DNA of 64,000 nucleotides from Bdellovibrionota bacterium. Its GTDB lineage: Bacteria > Bdellovibrionota_C > UBA2361 > JBGSMV01. Location of the stretch: positions 32,001 through 96,000 of the forward strand of contig JBGSMV010000042.1 of assembly GCA_041739995.1 (NCBI GenBank), in the 5' to 3' direction. Positions 29,069 to 38,298 of this stretch are shown here, piece by piece. A program made the position numbers and the translations under genes. The notes beneath the pieces are model-generated. The model was not told the origin of the DNA. It worked only from the letters and a program-made list of their open reading frames with translations, and did not search any database. The stretch's first letter is position 1. The number at the start of each line of letters is the position of its first letter.

Positions 29069-29121
29069 GTGTGCTGTCCTTCTTGCTGTTCCTCTTAGTC
29101 CGTCGACTATCTCAAGTTCCG

Positions 29122-30228
29122 TTACGGGAAAAGTGCGGCTGCGCAGAGCCCGGTAGTCTCAGGGATGTGGTACATCAAATTCATGTTTTGAATGGCATTT
29201 CCTGCGGCACCCTTTACCAGATTATCTAGCGTACTAATGACTACGACTTCGCTTCCTTGTTGCCGAACGGTTATGTCACAGAAATTTGAGCCGCGTACAT
29301 CGAGCACCCGTGGAGTAACGTCTCTATAGCGCATGAAGAACTCAGTCGCGCAGAATTTCCGGTAGAGTTCGACTACATCTACAGAGCCGTCGGGAATGGT
29401 AACGAAGCTTGTGGAATAGATTCCTCGCGAGAAGTTGCCAGAATGTGGAACCAGATGAATCTTGGTAGCGCCACTTTGCGCGAGGGAGAGCGCTTGCTCG
29501 ATTTCTGGGCCGTGCCTATGAGTCAGTACCTCATATGAACTCATGGATTCGTTTCTTGCTGGGTGATGTGTTTTGGCGGTGGCGGTCACGCCACTACCTG
29601 TGGATCCAGTCACCGCTGAGACTCTCGCAACAAGTGGATGTTTGCCAAAGTGAAGAACTAAAGGGAGAAGTCCCAGCGTTACGCAGTTTGCAAAGCAGCC
29701 TGGGTTTGCCACTAGTCGAGCAGACTTTATGCCGTCACGGGAAACCTCCGGCGTGCCATACACCGCCTCGGCAATCAGTTCAGGGCAGGGGTGCTGTTGT
29801 TTATAAAACTGACTAAAGTGTTCAGCGGAAAGTCGAAAGTCTGCCCCTAGATCAATGATTCGCAGATCGCCCGAGACAAAACGCTCACATTTGGATATGG
29901 CGCCGATAACCGGAGACGACTGAGCGTGAGGTACTGCAAAGAACAACAAATCAAGTTCCGCAAAAGCGCTATCGAGCACTTCGATAGGTGAGCCAAGCGC
30001 TGGTGGTTCAACAAAGATGAGGGGGCAAAGTCCTTCAAGCGACGGATGCACTGACGCCACGCTTTTCCCGGCATACTCTCTGGAGGTGACAAGGGCTAGA
30101 TCCGCTTGGACATGGTTTAAAAGCAGGCGCATGAGCTCTAGACCGACGTAGCCCGAGCCTCCGAATACGCCTACTTTGAGCGGTGCTCCACTCGAGGGCT
30201 GCCTCTGGTTTTCTAGAGACCTCTTCAT
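29122..30228 (-). CDS. argC: N-acetyl-gamma-glutamyl-phosphate reductase
   Basis: 'GGSGYVGLE', 'IDLGADFRL', 'ANPGCF', 'DNLVKGAAG.AIQNMN'. Confidence 0.94.
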   Translation of the reverse strand: MKRSLENQRQPSSGAPLKVGVFGGSGYVGLELMRLLLNHVQADLALVTSREYAGKSVASVHPSLEGLCPLIFVEPPALGSPIEVLDSAFAELDLLFFAVPHAQSSPVIGAISKCERFVSGDLRIIDLGADFRLSAEHFSQFYKQQHPCPELIAEAVYGTPEVSRDGIKSARLVANPGCFANCVTLGLLPLVLHFGKHPLVARVSAVTGSTGSGVTATAKTHHPARNESMSSYEVLTHRHGPEIEQALSLAQSGATKIHLVPHSGNFSRGIYSTSFVTIPDGSVDVVELYRKFCATEFFMRYRDVTPRVLDVRGSNFCDITVRQQGSEVVVISTLDNLVKGAAGNAIQNMNLMYHIPETTGLCAAALFP

Positions 30229-31289
30229 GGAAGCTCCTCACCGAAAACTTGCTTGTATACAATCCCTGCGAACTCCCTGCCATCGCGCATAGCATTAGCT
30301 GCCTGCAATTTGAGTCTTGAACGAATGAAGTTTTTGCCCACGTCATTATCTGTGCAGGGGCCACAAATCACGGTTATTTCGTGGCATGGATGGTCGGACG
30401 GGAGGTTCGACAAGAACTCGTGAGCGCCCCAAGCAGCTACTGGATCGTTTGCACTTACCACGTGGGCAGAGGTAAATTTCATAATCTCTGGATCAGAAAG
30501 AATCGACATTGTGCCGTACTCGCCCATGATGCCGTCACCAAGTTCTAACACGATGCAGTCTGGCTTCTTCTCGCTGAGAGCTGCGATGACGCCTTTTGCT
30601 GAAGTAACTGCGTTGTCCGCAGTTGAAGTAACTATACCCGCGTCGGTAAAGTTCAGCACCGCGACTGCGCCGCAATCTGCCATTGCAAGCGTATCGCGCA
30701 TTAGGCTTACGCCCGTGAGCTTTGCCGCGCAGACCTTCTTCCCGGCGCGAGTAATGTGTTTCACCAACTCACAGGCCGCTCTGGTTTTCCCAGCATCCAT
30801 GCAAGTTCCAGAAATAACAATGAGTGGGGCGGCGTGGGGCAGGTCTTGTCGGGGGCGAATTTCGCCTTCGAGAATGGACGCTGGGGAACCGACACGTTGC
30901 AGAAAGTTAGGAAAATGCTGTACTGCTCCAAGCACTTCCATGTCTATGGGACGTCCGAGTTCAGCGTTGTCGCTAGTGCACTTGCCGACCACGCCTCCCA
31001 GATTCAGTATCTGCAACGTTTCACCGACCTTAATGGATTGAGGCACAATGCCACTGAATCCCTTTAAGGCGTTACGGGGACCCAAGACGCCAACTACGAC
31101 GTCATCACGATAGAGGCGGCTCATGCGCCCGGAAGCCAGCTCGATGGTGTTATAGTCAGAGCGCTCGTTGAGCAGGCGCCCAGCGATGATGAAGCCCTCT
31201 TTCGCGGTGATGTCGGGTGAAAGCGTGAGCTCAGACGAGAGCTTGGCGTTTCGAGCGGCGGAAGCGATTTTATCAGCGACAATTTTCAT
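30225..31289 (-). CDS. DUF1611-like P-loop protein of unknown function within the arg operon
   Basis: 'GTCMDAGKT' P-loop, 'AAKLTG...RD...M.D.GA....FTDAG..ST', 'ELGDG'; 4-nt overlap with argC. Confidence 0.7.
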   Translation of the reverse strand: MKIVADKIASAARNAKLSSELTLSPDITAKEGFIIAGRLLNERSDYNTIELASGRMSRLYRDDVVVGVLGPRNALKGFSGIVPQSIKVGETLQILNLGGVVGKCTSDNAELGRPIDMEVLGAVQHFPNFLQRVGSPASILEGEIRPRQDLPHAAPLIVISGTCMDAGKTRAACELVKHITRAGKKVCAAKLTGVSLMRDTLAMADCGAVAVLNFTDAGIVTSTADNAVTSAKGVIAALSEKKPDCIVLELGDGIMGEYGTMSILSDPEIMKFTSAHVVSANDPVAAWGAHEFLSNLPSDHPCHEITVICGPCTDNDVGKNFIRSRLKLQAANAMRDGREFAGIVYKQVFGEELP

Positions 31290-31309
31290 ATGCGTTCCCT
31301 ATTATGTTT

Positions 31310-31963
31310 TCACTTAAGCTTGGGGCTCTCTCGTCCAGAGATTGAATTCAGAATTCGTAGGGTGCGAGGCGCGTCTTCCTCGGTCACCACCATCATGAGC
31401 TCAGTCCAGCAGCTCATCTCTTCGACCACGTTCACTCCCTGCTCAGCGAGCACCCCGTAGATGAACGACACCACCCCGGGGGTTGATTCTAGGCGCTCAT
31501 CAAACAGCATTGAGATTTGAACGAGGTCAGCGCTGGTCTTTTTTATCTTACCTCGGAACTGTGCGCGAATTTCGGGTAGGTAATCCTGATTGGTGATCAG
31601 CACCAACACTTCAGCGCCTTCAATCAGGTGAAAGTCTCCGCGCTCTTGTCGCACAAAGGACTGAAGGCGATGCAGCTTCTCAAAGTCGCGGGGCTTTTCA
31701 ACGATGGCAACCGCCATTTGGTTGGTAGTGCGGATCGAGACACTTTTAAGGAGTGCACGCACCTTGGTCTCAAGCGACTCTTTTCCTTTTACGCGCTCAG
31801 AGTAGCGACGGCATGCCACCAGCACAGCATCAAAGTGTTTATCGCCAAACTCCTCGCAGATTTCCCGTGAGAGCGCAGAATAGTTTATCAGACCGCGCTT
31901 AAGGCAGTCCCGCACACTAGGACGCTCTGAGATGTAGTGCTGGGTGAGGCGGGTGATAGACAT
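31310..31963 (-). CDS. ACT-domain putative transcriptional regulator (archaeal-like)
   Basis: Likely start 31963 (ORF open to 32029). N-terminal 'DCLKRGLINYSALSREI...AVLVACRRY' helical/HTH-like part, C-terminal ACT 'TPGVVSFIYGVLAEQGVNVVEEMSCWTE'. Confidence 0.75.
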   Translation of the reverse strand: MSITRLTQHYISERPSVRDCLKRGLINYSALSREICEEFGDKHFDAVLVACRRYSERVKGKESLETKVRALLKSVSIRTTNQMAVAIVEKPRDFEKLHRLQSFVRQERGDFHLIEGAEVLVLITNQDYLPEIRAQFRGKIKKTSADLVQISMLFDERLESTPGVVSFIYGVLAEQGVNVVEEMSCWTELMMVVTEEDAPRTLRILNSISGRESPKLK

Positions 31964-32032
31964 GGGCGAGAAAAGAGATTGGGGGTTTGGGCGCGCTGCG
32001 CCCGCTATCGATTTCGCAATCTTGGTCAACAG

Positions 32033-32138
32033 TGTCCAGCATTGGACTACTCTGATTGTTTATCAATGCGAGCTGCGGATCAAGGGCAACGACAGGTCTC
32101 AAGCCCGAAGACGGACATAATTGTCCTATATCGGACAA
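32033..32138. promoter_or_regulatory. Candidate operator palindromes TGTCC-N6-GGAC in the divergent arg intergenic region
   Basis: TGTCC-AGCATT-GGAC at 32033-32047, TTGTCC-TATATC-GGACAA at 32121-32138, extra GGACA half-site at 32113. Confidence 0.55.
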
Positions 32139-32221
32139 GAGAGTTCTTCGCAGTTGGAGCTATTCTTGATGTTCGTGATAGCCTTTAGCCTCACGTTACG
32201 ATCAATCAAGGTGAGCGAGAG

Positions 32222-33439
32222 ATGCCTAAGAAAGTAGTGTTAGCATACAGCGGCGGTTTAGATACTTCATTTTGTATTCCCTATCTGAAGGAAGGTGGTT
32301 TCGAGGTGACTACCGTAACTGCGGATACGGGAGGATTTTCAGACTCAGAGCTGAAGACCATTTCGCAGCGATCAAAGGAGCTCGGCGCAACCCAGCATAT
32401 TACTGTGGATTTGAAGGAGCAGGTGTATCAACGCTTTGTCTCCTACGTCATTAAAGGCAATGTGCTGAGAGGGCAAGCGTACCCACTGTGTGTGGGAGCA
32501 GAGCGCGGCATCCAAGCCGAGGCTCTTGTAAGAGTGGCTCAGGAAGTGGGCGCACAGGCCGTGGCGCATGGCTGCACCGGAGCGGGAAACGACCAGGTGC
32601 GCTTTGATATTTCTATCAAGAGTCTTGCGGGAAATTTGCAGATTATTGCGCCCATTCGTGAACTGGATTTGAGTCGAGAAGAAGAGGTGCGGCGCCTTGC
32701 CGAGTGGGGCTTCGATTTTCCAAGCGTAAAAAAGAAGTATTCAGTAAACCAGGGCATCTTGGGCACGACTATCGGTGGCGGTGAAACGCATGATTCCTGG
32801 ATGAAGATTCCAGAAGAAGCCTGGGTCATCACCAAGTCACCTGAGGCTTCCGGAGCTAAACCAGCAGAAATCACCATTAAGTGGGAAGCGGGAATGCCTG
32901 TTGAGCTAGACGGCGTCACCTTTTCGAATAAGGATAGCAACAGTCATGAGCTCCTTGTGCGCCTGAATGAGCGTGGCGGAGCGCTTGGCGTTGGACGAGG
33001 TATTCACATCGGAGACACAGTGCTTGGAATCAAGGGCAGAATAGCCTTTGAAGCTCCGGGTGCCATGATCTTGATCGCAGCTCACCGTGAGCTTGAGAAG
33101 CTTGTGCTCACGAAGTGGCAAATGCAGGTCAAAGACCAGGCGGCCAGTACATACGGCATGCTGTTGCATGAGGGGCAGTATTTTAATCCTGTAATGCGCG
33201 ACCTCGAAGCTTTGATGGACTCGAGTCAGAGCATGGTGTCGGGCGAAACGTTAGTGCGATTGGAACACGGTCAAGTCTCAGTGGTTGGAGTTCGAAGCCG
33301 GCATTCTCTGATGGACGCTCGCGCTACCTACGGCGAAGGAGCAAAGCTCTGGACCGGCGCTCAAGCTGAAGGCTTCTGTCTCATTTCTGGAGTTCAGAGC
33401 ATGTTGGCTGGGGGACGCAGTACGACTGCGAGGAGCTAA
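32222..33439 (+). CDS. argG: Argininosuccinate synthase
   Basis: 'VVLAYSGGLDTS', 'HGCTGAGNDQVRF', 'GIKGR..FEAP'. Confidence 0.96.
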   Translation: MPKKVVLAYSGGLDTSFCIPYLKEGGFEVTTVTADTGGFSDSELKTISQRSKELGATQHITVDLKEQVYQRFVSYVIKGNVLRGQAYPLCVGAERGIQAEALVRVAQEVGAQAVAHGCTGAGNDQVRFDISIKSLAGNLQIIAPIRELDLSREEEVRRLAEWGFDFPSVKKKYSVNQGILGTTIGGGETHDSWMKIPEEAWVITKSPEASGAKPAEITIKWEAGMPVELDGVTFSNKDSNSHELLVRLNERGGALGVGRGIHIGDTVLGIKGRIAFEAPGAMILIAAHRELEKLVLTKWQMQVKDQAASTYGMLLHEGQYFNPVMRDLEALMDSSQSMVSGETLVRLEHGQVSVVGVRSRHSLMDARATYGEGAKLWTGAQAEGFCLISGVQSMLAGGRSTTARS

Positions 33440-33741
33440 GCTTTTCGCAAATTAGCGCTAATTTTGGAGTCCACGGAGGCGGGGGCCACTTAATGTGGGT
33501 GCACCTCGCGGCTGTGCAACCCAAACCCGGTTCGACCGCACGCGGCGTAGTGCGCCATCTCCAGGCCTCAAGTGGAGCAATTTGCGGCCCCAAAGTCTTT
33601 CGAGTCCTCGCACATCAGGTTAGAACCAGGAGGCTTCGCCTCTATTGATGCGCTATCGGTGTGAGGGCAAGCGCTGAGCTTCCCCGTGTATTCGCGCTAG
33701 TCTCTGCAGACCATTCCAGTGACTTTCGAAATAGGACATAC

Positions 33742-34869
33742 ATGAATCAATCTCCATCCTTTGTTTACCACTTTCGTAGGTCACGAATGCTGAGCGCATG
33801 TCTGGCAATAGCGTTTGGTCTCGTTGTCCCGACCGCGGTCGAGGCCCAAGCCGCAGCTGGACGTCCTATTCCAGTGCTTGTCACACGCGTAACCTTGCAG
33901 CCCTTAGTCGATCGCATAGAAGCTCTGGGAACCCTGCGATCCAATGAGAGCGTGGACCTTACCGTCACAGTGACCAAGACGATTAGCGCCATTCACTTTG
34001 AGGACGGCCAGAGAGTTGAAAAAGGGATGTTGCTCGCAGAGATGACCAGCACGGAGGAGAGCGCCCTCCTCAGGGAAGCTCGCGCAGAGGTGAAGGAGGC
34101 GCAAATCCAATACGACCGACTTACACCCTTAATTGAGCGCGGAGCGGTGCCAACCAGTACCGTTGACGAACGCAAGCGCAATCTCTCAACCGCTCAAGCA
34201 CGAGTGCAAGCTATCCAGTCGCGCCTTCAGGATCTTCTTATTGAGGCACCGTTTGACGGTGTGGTGGGCCTTCGAGGCATCAGTAGAGGTGCGCTGGTTA
34301 CTCCAGGAGCACTGGTTGCCACGATTGATGACGATTCGATAATGAAATTAGATTTCTCGGTTCCGAGCACATTCTTACCGGTATTGAAATCAGGTTTGAA
34401 GGTGCGTGCGCGGGCTCGTGCATTTCGAGACGAAGTATTTGAGGGAGAAGTAAGCAGCGTTGATACTCGAGTCGACCCGGTAACCCGCGCAGTAGCTATT
34501 CGTGCGCTCATTCCAAATCCAACGCGACGACTCAAGCCCGGACTTCTTATGACGGTCGAACTTATGAAAGACCCTAGAGAATCACCAGTGGTACCAGAGG
34601 AGGCCATCATCTCAGTGGGGAGAGAGCATTCGGTATACGTTGCCATTTCTCCCGACCAGGGCGCCCCAACAGCGTTACGAAGGGTAGTGCAAATTGGTGC
34701 TCGAGAGCCGGGACGAGTGGAGATTACCGAAGGCGTTACCCCAGGAGAGCTAGTAATTATTCATGGCACGATGATGTTAAGTCCGGGGGCCCCGGTAAAA
34801 ATCCTCAAGGAGCTAGCCGCAGAAGATTCTATCAAAGATGTTCTTCGTAACCTCACGCAGGAGCAATAG
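33742..34869 (+). CDS. RND efflux membrane fusion protein
   Basis: 'ALGTL.SNESV', 'IEAPFDGVVG', 'RVDPVTR', 'LKPGLL'; likely start 33742 (ORF open from 33661). Confidence 0.93.
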   Translation: MNQSPSFVYHFRRSRMLSACLAIAFGLVVPTAVEAQAAAGRPIPVLVTRVTLQPLVDRIEALGTLRSNESVDLTVTVTKTISAIHFEDGQRVEKGMLLAEMTSTEESALLREARAEVKEAQIQYDRLTPLIERGAVPTSTVDERKRNLSTAQARVQAIQSRLQDLLIEAPFDGVVGLRGISRGALVTPGALVATIDDDSIMKLDFSVPSTFLPVLKSGLKVRARARAFRDEVFEGEVSSVDTRVDPVTRAVAIRALIPNPTRRLKPGLLMTVELMKDPRESPVVPEEAIISVGREHSVYVAISPDQGAPTALRRVVQIGAREPGRVEITEGVTPGELVIIHGTMMLSPGAPVKILKELAAEDSIKDVLRNLTQEQ

Positions 34870-34871
34870 GC

Positions 34872-37800
34872 ATGAGGCTCTCGGACGTCTCAATAACTCG
34901 CCCAGTTTTTGCCTCGGTCATTTCTCTGATCCTGCTTGCTTTCGGCATGGTCAGTTTCTCCCGTCTTCCTCTACGCGAGTATCCAGACATTGACCCGCCG
35001 ATTGTTACCGTAGAGACGAGTTATCGTGGAGCATCCGCTGCAGTAGTAGAGACACGAATCACCGAACTTATAGAAGATCGCATCTCAGGCATTGAAGGCA
35101 TTCGCTACATTCAATCTTCAAGCCAAGATGGTCGTTCTCAGGTCACCGTTGAGTTTAACGTCGAGCGAGATATTGATGCGGCAGCAAATGATATTCGTGA
35201 CCGCGTATTTAGTATCTTGGATGATTTGCCCCCCGAGGCTGATCCGCCAGAGATTCAGAAAGTGGACGCCAATGAGGATGTGATTATTTGGCTGAATCTT
35301 GCCAGTGATCGCCTTTCTGTCCCCGAGCTTACCGATTACGCTGAGCGTTACCTACTTGATCGATTTTCTGTGCTTGATGGTGTGGCACGCGTTCGCATTG
35401 GGGGAGAGCAGCGCTATGCCATGCGAGTTTGGCTTGACCGCATAGAACTCGCTGCTCGTAACCTCACTACCGAGGATATCGAGAATGCGCTTCGCAGAGA
35501 AAATGTCGAGCTTCCCGCAGGAAATATTGAATCGCTTCAAAAGCAGTTCACGGTGCGAGTCGATCGCCCTTTTGAGGATGCTTCACATTTTCAACGGATT
35601 GTAGTGAGCCGAGGGGGTGATGGCTACCTGGTGCGTCTCGGGGATGTCGCCCGAGTAGAAAAAGGTACCGAAGAGGATCGGGTCATGTTTCGCGGCAATG
35701 GAATTCCCATGGTCGGCCTCGGGATCATTAAACAAAGCACCGCCAATACGATTGAAGTTGCTCGGGGCGCTAAGGAAGAGATGCAGCGCCTGAATCCCCT
35801 TCTTCCGCAAGGAATGAGCCTGAATGAAAGTTACGATAGCTCCGTGTTTATTGAAGGGGCCATTAATGAGGTTTACCAGACGCTCTTCATTACTATTCTA
35901 TTGGTAGTGGCGGTGATCTATCTTTTTTTGGGGAGCGTTCGAGCGACCTTAGTGCCCGCGGTTACGGTGCCGGTATCAATCGTAGCGACGTTTATCGTGC
36001 TGTATGCGCTGGGCTTGTCTATTAACATGCTCACCCTGCTTGCATTGGTGCTTGCTATTGGAATGCTCGTCGACGATGCAATCGTCGTGCTTGAGAACAT
36101 CGTTCGCCGTATGCAGTTATATGGCGAAACTCCGCTTGTAGCTGCATTTAAAGGCACCCGAGAAGTAGCGTTTGCGGTAGTCGCAACAACATTGGTGTTA
36201 GTAGCGGTATTCGCGCCAATCTCATTCCTCGAAGGTAATATTGGTAAGCTCTTCCTCGAGTTTGCGGTCACGATGTCGGCGGCAGTGTGTTTCTCGAGTC
36301 TCATTGCGCTCTCTCTTTCCCCTATGATCGCGTCAAAGATTCTTGGTCGCGGCCAGGGGACTCCAAGCAAAGTGACGCAGTTCATGGATCGCTTCTTCGC
36401 CAGGTTGCATGGCCAGTACAGGAAATTGCTCGCCGGTAGCCTGGAGCGGCCACGTCTGATTGCCGCTCTGTTTCTTGCCACACTCCCTTTGGTGGCAGGG
36501 CTATTTATGATTCTTCCCTCTGAGTACACTCCTAAGGAGGATCGTGGCGCATTCTTTGTTCAGGTGAACGGCCCCGAAGGAGCTTCCTATCAGTACATGG
36601 TTGATTACATGGACGAGATTGAGCGTCGTCTAATGCCACTTGTAGGTGACGGGGGGATTCAGAGACTTTTGGTGCGCGCGCCGCGAGGTTTTGGTGGGCA
36701 GATAGCGTTTAATACAGGACTTGTTATTTGCACTTTGCGTCCCTGGGGCGAGCGAGATTCCGCATGGGATCTGATGGGTCGAGTCACTAAGATGCTTGCC
36801 GATCTTCCAGGCGTGCGTGCATTTCCGGTAATGCGACAAGGCTTTGGAGGAGGAATCCAAAAGCCAGTACAGTTTGTTTTAGGGGGTGGCACGTATGAGC
36901 AGCTAGCCGAGTGGCGTGACACCATTGTGCAAAAAGTGAACGAAGCCAATCCTGGTTTTGTAGGCCTGGATTGGGATTACAAAGAGACAAAACCTCAGAT
37001 TCGCGTCCAAATCCATTACGATCGCGCAGCTGATTTAGGCGTCAGCGTAGAAACAATCGGCAGAACCCTTGAAACCATGTTGGGGTCTAGGCGTGCTACC
37101 ACCTACATCGAGGGTGGCGAAGAGTATGATGTGCTGATTGAAGGAGAACGCGACACGCAGAGAACCACTCGCAATGTTGAAAGCATTTACGTGCGCTCCG
37201 ATCGTTCTGGTCGACTGATTCCACTCTCTAACTTGGTATCCATGGAAGAGATTGCTGATTCGAGTTCCCTCAATCGCTACAATCGGGTGCGATCGGTCAC
37301 CCTAGAGGCCAATCTTTCTGATCAGCTCTCGCTTGGTAAGGCGCTTGCTCACCTAGAAAACCTCGTCGCAACTCATCTGCCCGAGGAGGTGGTCGTGGAT
37401 TACAAGGGCCAATCGAAGGACTTTAAGTCGTTCGGAGGCTCGGTCTTATTCACCTTTGTCCTAGGGATTTTGGTAGTGTTCCTGGTACTTGCTGCCCAGT
37501 TCGAAAGTTATATCCACCCGCTTGTAATCATCCTCACCGTTCCGCTCGCCGTGTTGGGTGGGCTGATAGGATTGCTAGTGTCTGGAGGAAGTTTGAATCT
37601 TTTCACTCAAGTCGCGTTGATTATCTTGATAGGAATAGCGACGAAGAACGGAATTCTCATTGTAGAGTTCATAAACCAACTTCGGGAGCGTGGAACTGAG
37701 TTCATGCAAGCGATTCAGGAAGCGTCTGAAGTTCGATTCCGTCCGGTACTAATGACCGCGGTTACTACCGTTGCAGGAGCGGTTCCGCTGCTTCTTGCCA

Positions 37801-38000
37801 GTGGACCAGGGTCTGAAACCCGTTCCACCATTGGCTTTGTAGTATTCTTTGGAGTTGGGGTTGCCACAATTTTTACCCTGCTCGTAGTACCCGTGGCGTA
37901 CTCTATTCTCGCACGACAGACCGGTTCTCCCGGAGATGTCGCTCGTCGGCTTGAACACGAGCAATCAGCGGTGACTCAGCCAGCTCAGGCGAGTAGCTAG
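34872..38000 (+). CDS. RND efflux permease (AcrB/MexW-like)
   Basis: 'LPLREYPDIDPP', 'LAIGMLVDDAIVVLEN', 'KNGILIVEF', 'RFRPVLMT'. Confidence 0.96.
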   Translation: MRLSDVSITRPVFASVISLILLAFGMVSFSRLPLREYPDIDPPIVTVETSYRGASAAVVETRITELIEDRISGIEGIRYIQSSSQDGRSQVTVEFNVERDIDAAANDIRDRVFSILDDLPPEADPPEIQKVDANEDVIIWLNLASDRLSVPELTDYAERYLLDRFSVLDGVARVRIGGEQRYAMRVWLDRIELAARNLTTEDIENALRRENVELPAGNIESLQKQFTVRVDRPFEDASHFQRIVVSRGGDGYLVRLGDVARVEKGTEEDRVMFRGNGIPMVGLGIIKQSTANTIEVARGAKEEMQRLNPLLPQGMSLNESYDSSVFIEGAINEVYQTLFITILLVVAVIYLFLGSVRATLVPAVTVPVSIVATFIVLYALGLSINMLTLLALVLAIGMLVDDAIVVLENIVRRMQLYGETPLVAAFKGTREVAFAVVATTLVLVAVFAPISFLEGNIGKLFLEFAVTMSAAVCFSSLIALSLSPMIASKILGRGQGTPSKVTQFMDRFFARLHGQYRKLLAGSLERPRLIAALFLATLPLVAGLFMILPSEYTPKEDRGAFFVQVNGPEGASYQYMVDYMDEIERRLMPLVGDGGIQRLLVRAPRGFGGQIAFNTGLVICTLRPWGERDSAWDLMGRVTKMLADLPGVRAFPVMRQGFGGGIQKPVQFVLGGGTYEQLAEWRDTIVQKVNEANPGFVGLDWDYKETKPQIRVQIHYDRAADLGVSVETIGRTLETMLGSRRATTYIEGGEEYDVLIEGERDTQRTTRNVESIYVRSDRSGRLIPLSNLVSMEEIADSSSLNRYNRVRSVTLEANLSDQLSLGKALAHLENLVATHLPEEVVVDYKGQSKDFKSFGGSVLFTFVLGILVVFLVLAAQFESYIHPLVIILTVPLAVLGGLIGLLVSGGSLNLFTQVALIILIGIATKNGILIVEFINQLRERGTEFMQAIQEASEVRFRPVLMTAVTTVAGAVPLLLASGPGSETRSTIGFVVFFGVGVATIFTLLVVPVAYSILARQTGSPGDVARRLEHEQSAVTQPAQASS

Positions 38001-38298
38001 TTCCTCCCTAGCCTGCGGTTAGGGGTGACTTGAGTTGCCCTTTTCACAATGAAGGCAAAAGCTATGGAAGGAGCTTCGAATGAAGGCCTTTGTCTAAATT
38101 CGGAACTCCAGGGCGTGCTTGTAAGGGGCAGAGTACGGTGGCGACGGGCTAAACTTCCCCTAAATTAATACGTTTTTCTTATAAATTCAGCGCTATTTGG
38201 TGATTCGGAGCTGCCGAACCTTGGTGTTCCAGGCCTCAATCGTGTAAAACACCGCCCTTAACATTTACTTAAACTTTACCTAGGTTTGGCCCTTAGTC

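Noticed and set aside
27109..31289. LysW-dependent lysine/arginine pathway
   Set aside because: No LysW carrier or LysX/ArgX ligase; an acyl-ornithine transcarbamylase is present instead
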